Source: a virus
Length of the DNA stretch: 64,000 nucleotides
Reading direction: 5' to 3' (one strand)
IMG/VR virus record: IMGVR_UViG_3300045988_101835
Shown here: positions 23,936-31,611 of the stretch, in pieces
Layout: each line of letters begins with the position of its first letter
Position numbering within the stretch: position 1 is the first letter of the stretch
Position numbers and translations under genes: made by a program
The notes under the pieces: model-generated
Told to the model about the DNA's origin: nothing
What the model saw: only the letters and a program-made list of their open reading frames with translations
Database searches by the model: none

Positions 23936-26743
23936 TGCTCTGAGGAAATCGCCCTTGTAGCTAACATGTCCCGTGAGGAGGGTTTCTTGTATCCGCTGCG
24001 TCATGATCTCGATGTCCATATGTACGTTGCGGAGACGCGCTTCCATGTTTCGGACCCTGAGTTTCGTGATAAGTCTAAAGCTGTCTCGTTCGGTAAGATT
24101 TACGGTGGTGGTCCTACGATGATCGCTAACCGACTTGGTATTTCGAAGCAGGAGGCCAATAAGATCATCTATGACTACGATACGGGTATGCCTGTTTTTG
24201 CTAGGTGGCAGAAGGCTTTGCAGAAGCAGGCAAAACGTACGGGTTTTGCTAAGACGTTCTTTGGGCGCACTATTTACTTGGCTCGGTGGTTTAATTCTCC
24301 GGATAACGGATTGCGCGCTTATGCTGACCGAGTTGCTCTCAACAGTCCAATTCAGGGTCCCACGCCCCCTAACACTCTGATTTTGACCACTTTAGGCTAT
24401 GTTCCTATTAAGCATTTATATACCTTAGATGTTGCAGGGCAGCTTGCTCCATATGGTGTTAAGTGTTGGAATGGTGTTCGATGGTGCGATTTTCATGTTG
24501 TTGATGCGGGGTTAGGTGATATCCTTCGTTTTAAGTTCAAGCGTGGCAACTATGTTGACGTTGACGTTCGCCATCAGTTTAAGGTTTGGACTTCGGATGG
24601 GTGTGTTTTTGAGGATGCTACTAAGTTGTCGGTTGGGGATCGTGTTGCGGGGTCTTTGTGCCGTCGCCTTGAGTTCCCGGCACTGACGTTCTGTTGTTCT
24701 TCACAGTCGCGGTTGAAGGGTCTGCTTATCTCTCATTCTCCCCGTACCCTTTCCTACGAGGATAGCGTGACTTTGATGTGGTGGGTCGGTTATGCTTTAG
24801 GTGATGGTAACTTTAGTACGCCTAATGCTATTCGGTTTACATTAGGGGCTACGGAGACTTTCCGGTATGACGATGCTTCGGCTTTCTTTCCGTCTATTGG
24901 TTGTACGGTTGGTAAGTTGAATCATTGTACGGCAGATATGCCGGGGCGTAAGGGTGAGTGTTACACGTTCGTTGTGTATGGTGTCGATGTTATGCGGTGC
25001 TTGCGGCGCTTGGGTCTTGATTTTCGTTGGCGTCATCACACTAAGCGCATTCCGTGGCGACTGTGTTGTTCGTCTATTGCCCAGCGCAAGGCTTTGGTTG
25101 ATGGATTGTTTGCTTCAGATGGCTGTAAGACAGAGGAACAGTTCATGTGGCATATGTGCCAGTCGGACATTCTTCGTGACTTGCAGCGGTTGCTTCGGAC
25201 TTTAGGGTTTGATAGTACTTTGTATGCTGCGCCAGATGGTAAGTCCTATCGCTTGGTTGTGTGTGCGACTCAGGATTTCGCTCGGTTTATGGGTTATCCT
25301 TTGAAGGAGCAAGCGGGTCGTATTGGTCCGGGTCGCTGGAATGATCGTCGGATGGTTCCGTCGGTTTTGTGCCAGCGGTTTGTCTCTTGGCAGCAATCGC
25401 ACGGAGGTCCGTCGCCTGATCTGCCCTCTAAGCGTCGCCAGTCGGATATGGCATTAATGAGTCGCCTTCGTCATGGTGGTTCTGTTTCGTTTTCGACTTT
25501 CGAGAGCTTGGCTTCGGATTATGGCTATACGGAGTATCAGACGTGGGATGACTATCTGGAGGCTCAGGAGATCGTTGATATTGTTTCTTTGCCGCCGGAG
25601 AACTGCTATTGCCTTTCGTTGGATGATGAAAGCCATTGCTACGACACGGATGGTCTTATTTCTCATAATTGTTTACCTCGGTCCTTGTATTCGCCGTCGC
25701 AGGATGGTAAGGTTTATTCTCCGTGGCAGTCGTTCGTCGGCCACCGTATGACTTTCCAGACTCGGTCGGACGGCGCACGTGTTGGCGTTCCTACGTTCCG
25801 GGGTGAGCACGACCTTCATGTTGCTTTGTTCGATACGGGTGACTTCTGTGTTTGCAATCTGGGTCATAAGTTCGTTAAGTATGGTACGGATCGCGTCTTG
25901 CTTGGTTTGGATGAGATAGGTACTGCGCCTGTTGCTTTGATTCCGCCTATGCGCAAGAGTAAGTGGGGCTGGTTGAAGGGCTTGTTTAGTAGCCATAAGT
26001 GGACTTTGGAGTCGCTTCTTGCGCATGGTAAGATGGGCCGTGACATCCGCACGGACGATTGGGCTGTCTGCTGGTGTATGCTGAAGGCATTTATGACGCG
26101 AAAACGGGTCCATACGCGGTCGATGTTATCCGCAATGATCCTACGGTCCATCTGCGATCTTTTCGGCTGGAATTTGGTCTACGATTTGCGCCATTCGGTT
26201 GTTGATGATTATGCTTTCAAGTTACGGTGGGGTCGTCGGCGTAAGGGTCACGCTATTTTCGCCACGGAACTTGGAATTCGGGATAACGTTATTTCTCCGT
26301 CCATGTCTTCGGGCCTTCAGACTTACCCGTTGTGTGGCTTCATTCATAAGAACACGGGTGGTGACTTGATTCGCCGTGACTTGGTTAAGTTCGAGCGTTT
26401 GAATGATCTGCTCCCGGAGTGGCGTGAGAACGTCCGCTTCGTGGTTACGGTTCACGATGAGGTCCAGTTCCGTGTTCGCCGTAAGTATTTGTTCAAGGCT
26501 ATTCCTATCATCCAGAAGGTCATGAACTTCTGGCCTAAGAATTTTGAGACTCCGGTTGTTGTTGAGCCGGGTGTTGGTTTCCGCTGGGGCGGTGAGCTTG
26601 ATATTGACGCTGTTCTGGATGACGGTCGTATTGTTCCTAAAGGTTACATGCCGCCGCCGGAGTACTTCGAGGGCCACGAGGTCTATTGGCTTCGTTCGTG
26701 GAAGGAGGAAGAGGAGAAGAAGCGTGGTTTGTCTAAGAAGTGA
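23819..26743 (+). CDS. family-A DNA polymerase, C-terminal part (motifs A-rest, B, C) with intein insertions
   Basis: After 'VHN' the sequence 'CSEEIALVANMS' completes motif A. Motif B is 'KSKAVSFGKIYGG', 'NSPIQG' ... 'TGGDLIRR' corresponds to Pol I PMQGTAADIIK, and motif C is 'VTVHDEVQF'. Confidence 0.85.
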   Translation: MGRASNIKSISVLQDEVDMIDFSVAGAHCYYANGMLVHNCSEEIALVANMSREEGFLYPLRHDLDVHMYVAETRFHVSDPEFRDKSKAVSFGKIYGGGPTMIANRLGISKQEANKIIYDYDTGMPVFARWQKALQKQAKRTGFAKTFFGRTIYLARWFNSPDNGLRAYADRVALNSPIQGPTPPNTLILTTLGYVPIKHLYTLDVAGQLAPYGVKCWNGVRWCDFHVVDAGLGDILRFKFKRGNYVDVDVRHQFKVWTSDGCVFEDATKLSVGDRVAGSLCRRLEFPALTFCCSSQSRLKGLLISHSPRTLSYEDSVTLMWWVGYALGDGNFSTPNAIRFTLGATETFRYDDASAFFPSIGCTVGKLNHCTADMPGRKGECYTFVVYGVDVMRCLRRLGLDFRWRHHTKRIPWRLCCSSIAQRKALVDGLFASDGCKTEEQFMWHMCQSDILRDLQRLLRTLGFDSTLYAAPDGKSYRLVVCATQDFARFMGYPLKEQAGRIGPGRWNDRRMVPSVLCQRFVSWQQSHGGPSPDLPSKRRQSDMALMSRLRHGGSVSFSTFESLASDYGYTEYQTWDDYLEAQEIVDIVSLPPENCYCLSLDDESHCYDTDGLISHNCLPRSLYSPSQDGKVYSPWQSFVGHRMTFQTRSDGARVGVPTFRGEHDLHVALFDTGDFCVCNLGHKFVKYGTDRVLLGLDEIGTAPVALIPPMRKSKWGWLKGLFSSHKWTLESLLAHGKMGRDIRTDDWAVCWCMLKAFMTRKRVHTRSMLSAMILRSICDLFGWNLVYDLRHSVVDDYAFKLRWGRRRKGHAIFATELGIRDNVISPSMSSGLQTYPLCGFIHKNTGGDLIRRDLVKFERLNDLLPEWRENVRFVVTVHDEVQFRVRRKYLFKAIPIIQKVMNFWPKNFETPVVVEPGVGFRWGGELDIDAVLDDGRIVPKGYMPPPEYFEGHEVYWLRSWKEEEEKKRGLSKK
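24359..25669 (+). other. intein 3 (437 aa) with LAGLIDADG homing-endonuclease domain; no N-terminal nucleophile (Pro1)
   Basis: Begins right after 'PIQG' with a block-A-like 'PTPPNTLILTTLGYVPIKHL'. Block B is 'VDVRHQFKVW'. LAGLIDADG motifs are 'WWVGYALGDGNF' and 'ALVDGLFASDGC'. Blocks F/G are 'NCYCLSLDDESHCYDTDGLISHN', followed by Cys. Confidence 0.6.
25670..26353 (+). other. intein-like insertion 4 (228 aa), directly abutting intein 3
   Basis: Cys1 'CLPRSLYSPSQDGKVYS' (block-A spacing), 'CNLGHKFVKY' (block-B-like), ending '...LCGFIHKN' before the +1 Thr of 'TGGDLIRR'. The penultimate residue is Lys, not His. Confidence 0.45.
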
Positions 26744-26755
26744 GTACGTTGATTT

Positions 26756-26980
26756 ATGGAGTGCTGTTACAGTCCCGGCGACTTGGTTTCCGGCAGTTGG
26801 GTTGCCGTGGGGACGTTTAAGTCTTGCGGTGCAGTTTGTGGGAGTTACATTTGCCTTCTTTCGGATATGTCGGAGGTTCGTCTCTATTGGGATGGCTCCG
26901 GCTTTTTGAAGGACTTGGGTTCCTTTTACGTGGCGGCGCTGGAGGAGGATTTTGTAGTTTCGGTTTTATGCACGATGTAG
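26756..26980 (+). CDS. hypothetical small Cys-rich protein
   Basis: 74-aa ORF; the other frames in this region look like shadows. Confidence 0.45.
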   Translation: MECCYSPGDLVSGSWVAVGTFKSCGAVCGSYICLLSDMSEVRLYWDGSGFLKDLGSFYVAALEEDFVVSVLCTM

Positions 26981-27053
26981 GTATGCATGAGTTTGTAGCA
27001 GATTGGGAGTTGGTTATTATTCCTGTTGAGGAATGTTTTAATAGTGAGGTGGT

Positions 27054-27365
27054 ATGGGCTTTTTAAGTGTGCTGGCATGGTGCTTGGGTAGTTACTATGC
27101 CCTTTCGTACTTTGTTTTCGTTCTTATTCTTTGGAATCTGAATGACATGTATAAGTCGGAGAATGGTATTCCGTGGGGTTATGCTAAGATAGTTGCCATT
27201 CCGTTTATAGGGTTCTGGCTCTTTGTTATGGTTGTCATAGGGGACATTGCTCGCCATCGTGACAATGAGCTTCTGAAGGCTCAGAATGCTAAGGATCGAA
27301 ATGGTTCTATGCACACCGGGTCGGACACTCGTTTCCATCGTGGTGGAGGCGATACGGAGGATTAA
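27054..27365 (+). CDS. small membrane protein
   Basis: 103 aa with three hydrophobic segments and a polar tail. Confidence 0.55.
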   Translation: MGFLSVLAWCLGSYYALSYFVFVLILWNLNDMYKSENGIPWGYAKIVAIPFIGFWLFVMVVIGDIARHRDNELLKAQNAKDRNGSMHTGSDTRFHRGGGDTED

Positions 27366-27381
27366 CTGGTGTTGTGTGGCC

Positions 27382-27412
27382 GGCGTCGCATTAAAGTGCA
27401 AAATTGTATATA
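27382..27412 (+). repeat. degenerate right-end-like fragment of the TnpB element family
   Basis: 'ggcgtc...gtgcaaaattgtatata' shares gcgtc, gtgcaa and aattgtatata with the element 3' ends ('gcgtcaatatgtgcaagttattaattgtatata'), with a 6-nt gap. Confidence 0.35.
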
Positions 27413-27473
27413 GCTGTATGCTAAAGATGGGAATCTTTGGCTGTTGGGATAAAAAATAGGCGTTCTGTCTGTT

Positions 27474-27502
27474 CCTCCGCGAATTCTTTGCGGAGGTTTT
27501 TT
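27474..27502 (+). terminator. rho-independent terminator
   Basis: cctccgc-gaattcttt-gcggagg followed by T6. Confidence 0.7.
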
Positions 27503-27535
27503 GTTGAGGTAATCATATACAATTTTATTCTGCCG

Positions 27536-27567
27536 TTTGTAATAGACGTAAAATAATTATAACTTGC
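27536..27567 (+). promoter_or_regulatory. Bacteroides-type promoter inside the element left end
   Basis: TTTG at 27536-27539, a 20-nt spacer, then TAACTTGC at 27560-27567, 4 nt before the tnpB ATG. The same geometry occurs at 37833-37864 and 48168-48199. Confidence 0.4.
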
Positions 27568-27571
27568 AGCC

Positions 27572-28750
27572 ATGAAGAAGACATTCAAATATCGCATCTA
27601 CCCGAACAAAGCCCAGCAGGCTTTGTTACAGGCGACGTTTGGATGCTGCCGCTTCGTTTACAACAAAACGCTTGATATTAGGAAGACGGCTTACGAGACC
27701 GACAAGATGAAGCTTAGTAAGTTCGATTGCATCAATCGGATGACTGCGTTGAAGGATGAGTATACGTGGTTGCGTGCCGTTCCTGCGGTTTGCTTGGTTC
27801 AGGCTGTTGACAACATGGATACAGCCTACCAAAACTTCTTCAAATCTGGTAAAGGTTATCCGAAGTTTAAGTCGAAGCATCGTAGCCGTAAGTCCTGTAA
27901 GTTTATGGTGCCTAAGTGTGTTGTATTGCAAGATATTAGTCGTTTAAAGCTTTCTAAGTTAGGGTTAGTCAAGTACAAGAAAGACCGGGAGTTCGTTGGC
28001 GCTTTGCGTCACATTGTGGTTACACAAGAAAACGATGGTAAGTACTACGCGTCGTGCTTGGTGGAGACGGGCGTTGAAGCACCTAAGCCAAAGCCCGTTG
28101 ATGATAGCACAACGGTCGGCATTGACTTGGGGCTGAAAGACTTTATCGTCACGTCCGACGGGCGCAAGATACCTAACCCGCGCTTTTATGCTACTATTGA
28201 CCGACGCATAGCTAGGTTACAGAAGCATGAAGCACGAAAGACGAAAGGCTCGAAGCGTCGTGCCCGCATTCGCTTAAAGATTAACAAACTTTATATCAAG
28301 AAGCAAAACTTAATTAAGAATTATATTTACCATGCCGTCAAGACGTTACTGCGTGAGAGTCAAACGATAGTAATGGAGAATCTTAATGTTGGCGGCATGG
28401 TTAAGAATCATAGTTTAGCTAAATCCATACAGAACATTTGCTGGGGTGAACTTCGCAGAGTGTTAGAGTATAAGTCTCAATGGCTTGGTCATAACCTTAT
28501 TTTCATAGATCGTTGGGCACCGAGTACGAAGACTTGTAGTTGTTGCGGCTTTAAGAATGATATATTAACACTTTCAGATCGTTCGTGGACATGTCCGGGT
28601 TGTGGTACGCATCACGACAGAGATGTTAACGCTGCCCTCAACATTAAGCGTATGGGTTTAGAAAAGTTATTGCCTACGGTGAGTGGGTTCGACGGACGTG
28701 GAGAGATCGGTTACGATCTCGACGAAGCGTCAATATGTGCAAGTTATTAA
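27572..28750 (+). CDS. tnpB: TnpB (OrfB) RNA-guided nuclease family protein
   Basis: N-terminal 'YRIYPNKAQQALLQATFGCCRFVYN', RuvC-I 'GIDLGLKDF', RuvC-II 'VMENLN', zinc finger 'CSCCG...CPGCG', RuvC-III 'HHDRDVNAALNI'. Confidence 0.9.
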   Translation: MKKTFKYRIYPNKAQQALLQATFGCCRFVYNKTLDIRKTAYETDKMKLSKFDCINRMTALKDEYTWLRAVPAVCLVQAVDNMDTAYQNFFKSGKGYPKFKSKHRSRKSCKFMVPKCVVLQDISRLKLSKLGLVKYKKDREFVGALRHIVVTQENDGKYYASCLVETGVEAPKPKPVDDSTTVGIDLGLKDFIVTSDGRKIPNPRFYATIDRRIARLQKHEARKTKGSKRRARIRLKINKLYIKKQNLIKNYIYHAVKTLLRESQTIVMENLNVGGMVKNHSLAKSIQNICWGELRRVLEYKSQWLGHNLIFIDRWAPSTKTCSCCGFKNDILTLSDRSWTCPGCGTHHDRDVNAALNIKRMGLEKLLPTVSGFDGRGEIGYDLDEASICASY

Positions 28751-28765
28751 TTGTATATAATCACC
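28636..28765 (+). ncRNA. putative omega-RNA (reRNA) scaffold overlapping the tnpB 3' end
   Basis: By analogy with characterised TnpB systems. The conserved hairpin gagatcg-gtta-cgatctc (28703-28720) shows compensatory changes in the other copies. The 5' boundary is a guess. Confidence 0.4.
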
Positions 28766-28781
28766 CTTTGTTTGTAGAATA

Positions 28782-28813
28782 TTTGGATTATTAATTTAAC
28801 TTTACTATCTTTG
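28782..28813 (+). promoter_or_regulatory. Bacteroides-type promoter
   Basis: TTTG at 28782-28785, a 20-nt spacer, then TATCTTTG at 28806-28813. Confidence 0.6.
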
Positions 28814-28856
28814 TGGTGTGGTAATAGTGCCGCGCATAACTAATTTGGATTGTATC

Positions 28857-29192
28857 ATGCCTAAGCGTAAGATTTCCGTCGGCTCTTATGTCTATTTGCC
28901 GCTTCCGGGTATTCAGAGTTGTTCTTTAGGAGTTTGTGCTCGTGTCGTCTTGTTGTACTCCACTCCTTGTGAGGAGTGCGTTGCCGTTGGGGATCGTTAT
29001 TATGATCCTGTTTCGGGTGAGTCGGGCGACCTGTCTTCTCATTCGCATATTGTAGTTCGTCCTGCGAGTTACTTGACGGGATATGGCCTTGAGGATTGCC
29101 AGCAAGTTGTTGCGATCTTTTCGCGGAGCATGATAAGCCCTACGAAGCCGTCTCCGTCTATTGTTCGTTTAGCACGTTATGCAGGAGTCTAG
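28857..29192 (+). CDS. hypothetical early protein
   Basis: First ATG downstream of the promoter. The track start at 28818 falls at or before the expected transcription start. Confidence 0.5.
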   Translation: MPKRKISVGSYVYLPLPGIQSCSLGVCARVVLLYSTPCEECVAVGDRYYDPVSGESGDLSSHSHIVVRPASYLTGYGLEDCQQVVAIFSRSMISPTKPSPSIVRLARYAGV

Positions 29193-29195
29193 GCT

Positions 29196-29630
29196 ATGGA
29201 GTCGAGAGCTACTTTTCTAGATTTTCACAATCTGGTCCGAGCTTATTATGGTCCGTATGTGGATTCGAAGCCGCTGTTGCGTTCGGATGCTGCGTCGGGT
29301 GCTCATTGCTTCGACTTCTTAGCGTGTAGCTTTCTGCCGCATTCTCTGGAGCGTGTTTTGGTTCGTGTGACGGCTATCACTAGACCGTGGGGTTATTCTG
29401 AGGTTTTGTCCGCCTGCTTAGACGCTTATGATATCAATTCTCTACGTGTTTCCTTAGAGTGCGGGAACTATCGTTGTGAGTGGATCTATTCGGATTTAGT
29501 GTCTGGTTCGGTATTAGAGCGTCTGTTCGATGTCTGTGCTATGCTTCCTACGCTTAAGTCTGCTTATGATGTTGTCACGCTGCATCGTCGTCTTAGTTTG
29601 GTTCTGCGGTCTTGGGGTTATACGAAGTAG
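29196..29630 (+). CDS. hypothetical protein
   Basis: 144-aa ORF, tightly packed. Confidence 0.55.
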   Translation: MESRATFLDFHNLVRAYYGPYVDSKPLLRSDAASGAHCFDFLACSFLPHSLERVLVRVTAITRPWGYSEVLSACLDAYDINSLRVSLECGNYRCEWIYSDLVSGSVLERLFDVCAMLPTLKSAYDVVTLHRRLSLVLRSWGYTK

Positions 29631-29638
29631 TCTTTGCT

Positions 29639-30184
29639 ATGGATTCCTATCGCCGCATACCGTTGTCTAAGCCTTTTGAGGGTGCCCGGAGGATTTCTCC
29701 GGAGCTTTACATGTCGGGAGTTGCTTCGGCCTTTCTGGGTTATCAACTTGGTCGCACTAAGAGCGTAGATGACTTTTACCGTATCTTGGAGGATCACTTA
29801 ATTTCGGTCCGCAATGTTTGGCGGTCGCCGGATTATGATGCTAGCCGTGTAGTGTGCTGCTTTGTGAAGTTGGAGTCGCAGGCTATTTCCGTCAACCATC
29901 GTGAGATTATGCGCGTTCTTAGTTCTGCTTTGGGTCTTGAGTACCGGGAGGTCCGTGGTACTACGTCTCGTAATGCTCGCATCTTTGATGTTATGGGTCC
30001 GGACTATTCGGTTTTGGCTTTCTTGCCGCTCTTTAGCTACACGTTGATTTCGTATGATCGTATAACACGTAGGGTCATTAAGAACATGCGTGGGGATCGT
30101 TTTGCGAAGTTTGCATGGCGTGCGGATTTCACTTCGGAGTTTCTCCGCCGCATTCAGGAGATAGTGTTGAATGTTTTAAAGTGA
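29639..30184 (+). CDS. hypothetical protein
   Basis: First ATG after the upstream stop. Confidence 0.55.
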   Translation: MDSYRRIPLSKPFEGARRISPELYMSGVASAFLGYQLGRTKSVDDFYRILEDHLISVRNVWRSPDYDASRVVCCFVKLESQAISVNHREIMRVLSSALGLEYREVRGTTSRNARIFDVMGPDYSVLAFLPLFSYTLISYDRITRRVIKNMRGDRFAKFAWRADFTSEFLRRIQEIVLNVLK

Positions 30185-30196
30185 GTTTTGGGTAAT

Positions 30197-30604
30197 ATGG
30201 ATTCTGCTTTTTTCAGGTCTAATGTCAACTTCTGTGCTGAGTCGCATTTGGATACTGTTAATTATTCACAGGAGTATGCTGATAATAATTTTCGTCTTTT
30301 CGGCAATAAGCTTTCTCTTATTGAGGGTAAGCTTGATGCATGGCGCGCTTGTGGTTTCCGCGATGCACTTGGGGCTTTCAAGGTTCTTCGTATGATTAGA
30401 GCTTTGTGCGGGGACGGGCGCCTTACGAAGCTTGGCTGTAGTGGCGCTTTGCTTACATACGGAGATTATACTATGAGCCTTAATAGGTATGTGTTTTTGC
30501 TTTGCCATAACGACAAGGTTCTTTTTCGGTGGTTTACTTTGGACTATGACTGGATTTACCTGTTGCCGTCATTGTTGGGTTTAGATATTGAGAGTCATGA
30601 ATAA
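30197..30604 (+). CDS. hypothetical protein
   Basis: First ATG in ORF 30188-30604. Confidence 0.5.
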   Translation: MDSAFFRSNVNFCAESHLDTVNYSQEYADNNFRLFGNKLSLIEGKLDAWRACGFRDALGAFKVLRMIRALCGDGRLTKLGCSGALLTYGDYTMSLNRYVFLLCHNDKVLFRWFTLDYDWIYLLPSLLGLDIESHE

Positions 30605-31064
30605 GGAACTGTTGTGTGTATCGGCCATTAGGTTTGCCTGTGGTCCTCGGGGTTCACGCCTTATGGATAGCAGCTTTGCTGCGCAGGTTGTTGACTTGAG
30701 TCTTCGAAGGTTCGGGGCGTCCTTGCGCCCGCTTCGTGAGTTCTGCTTCTACGCTTCGCCTGCTAATATTCCTTTGGCTGCTTACGATCTTAGAGATATT
30801 GCTTATCTGATTTCGGCGTTTCTTTTAGATTATGATATCAAGCCACTGCATAAGGTTTCGTCATTAGATGATACTGCAGATTGGAGTGTTCAGCATGGTG
30901 ACTTGGTGGTTCGTATTTCTACGGATCAGATTCGGTTTTTTGATTTGTCATCTTCGGAGTCTTTCATTCTGGGTGTAGACACAGGCGCTTGGTTGATCTG
31001 GATTCATTTAATTCCTTATATCTTTGGATTAATGGATGGCGCATACGTAGATGATATTGTCTAA
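30597..31064 (+). CDS. hypothetical protein
   Basis: The ATG overlaps the upstream stop region. Confidence 0.5.
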   Translation: MNKELLCVSAIRFACGPRGSRLMDSSFAAQVVDLSLRRFGASLRPLREFCFYASPANIPLAAYDLRDIAYLISAFLLDYDIKPLHKVSSLDDTADWSVQHGDLVVRISTDQIRFFDLSSSESFILGVDTGAWLIWIHLIPYIFGLMDGAYVDDIV

Positions 31065-31083
31065 CTGTTTATGATGATATTCT

Positions 31084-31404
31084 ATGGCTTATCGAGGATA
31101 TAAGTTTGTGCGTACTGAGGGTTCTGGGGCTGAGTTGGTTCCGGTTAAGTATTCCACGGCGATTACGCAGTTGGTTCCGGGTGATCGCTATTTGCTTCAC
31201 GCTCCGGTTCGTGTTTTGAATGCGGGTCAGTGGGTTACGGGTCAGTATGTTGATACGACTTTAGCAGGTATGGCGCGTTTTACGGCGTTGTGTGGCTCGG
31301 CCGATACCATTGCTCGCTTGGTTCCGGATGACGATGGTCTTTTCCCTTATCCGGAGGCGGATTTGCTTAGTAGCAAGACGTTCGTTCCGACATATGGTCT
31401 TTAG
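31084..31404 (+). CDS. hypothetical protein
   Basis: 106-aa ORF followed by a terminator. Confidence 0.55.
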   Translation: MAYRGYKFVRTEGSGAELVPVKYSTAITQLVPGDRYLLHAPVRVLNAGQWVTGQYVDTTLAGMARFTALCGSADTIARLVPDDDGLFPYPEADLLSSKTFVPTYGL

Positions 31405-31414
31405 TGCAGCTTAG

Positions 31415-31444
31415 GACGGAGGTTTATCCTCCGTCTTTTTTTTC
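31415..31444 (+). terminator. rho-independent terminator
   Basis: gacggagg-tttat-cctccgtc followed by T8. Confidence 0.8.
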
Positions 31445-31453
31445 TATTGGTCT

Positions 31454-31491
31454 GGTTTTCCTTCGTGGGTTTTCCTTCGTGGGTTTCCTCC
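31454..31491 (+). repeat. 14-nt direct tandem repeat (2.7 copies) in a pyrimidine-rich spacer
   Basis: ggttttccttcgtg occurs twice (31454-31467 and 31468-31481), followed by a partial ggtttcctcc. Confidence 0.7.
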
Positions 31492-31544
31492 TTTTTCTTT
31501 TCGTCTTTTGCCTGCATCTTCTGGAGGTGTTTGTCCTAGTTTTC

Positions 31545-31570
31545 CGGCCCGGTTTTTCCGGGCCGTTTTT
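31545..31570 (+). terminator. rho-independent terminator
   Basis: cggcccgg-ttttt-ccgggccg followed by T5. Confidence 0.75.
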
Positions 31571-31576
31571 GTTGTT

Positions 31577-31597
31577 GCAATTATATATCCGATAAAT
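31577..31597 (+). promoter_or_regulatory. conserved phage motif (putative phage-specific promoter)
   Basis: gcaattatatatccgataaat, 35 nt upstream of the GTG at 31612. Confidence 0.5.
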
Positions 31598-31611
31598 AAA
31601 AATAGTTCGTT

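Larger units (their letters stand above)
27508..28765 (+). mobile_element. TnpB-only insertion element, copy 1
   Basis: Ends ggtaatcatatacaatt (27508-27524) and aattgtatataatcacc (28749-28765) are 15/17 inverted repeats. The single tnpB ORF has A-rich third positions, unlike the phage genes. Confidence 0.8.

Noticed and set aside
31454-31491. CRISPR-like array
   Set aside because: There are only 2.7 directly abutting 14-nt units with no spacers. No CRISPR repeats occur anywhere in the window.
31404-31595. 63-aa ORF in the track
   Set aside because: It runs through two terminator hairpins and the tandem repeat, and its hydrophobic 'protein' is just translated pyrimidine-rich spacer.
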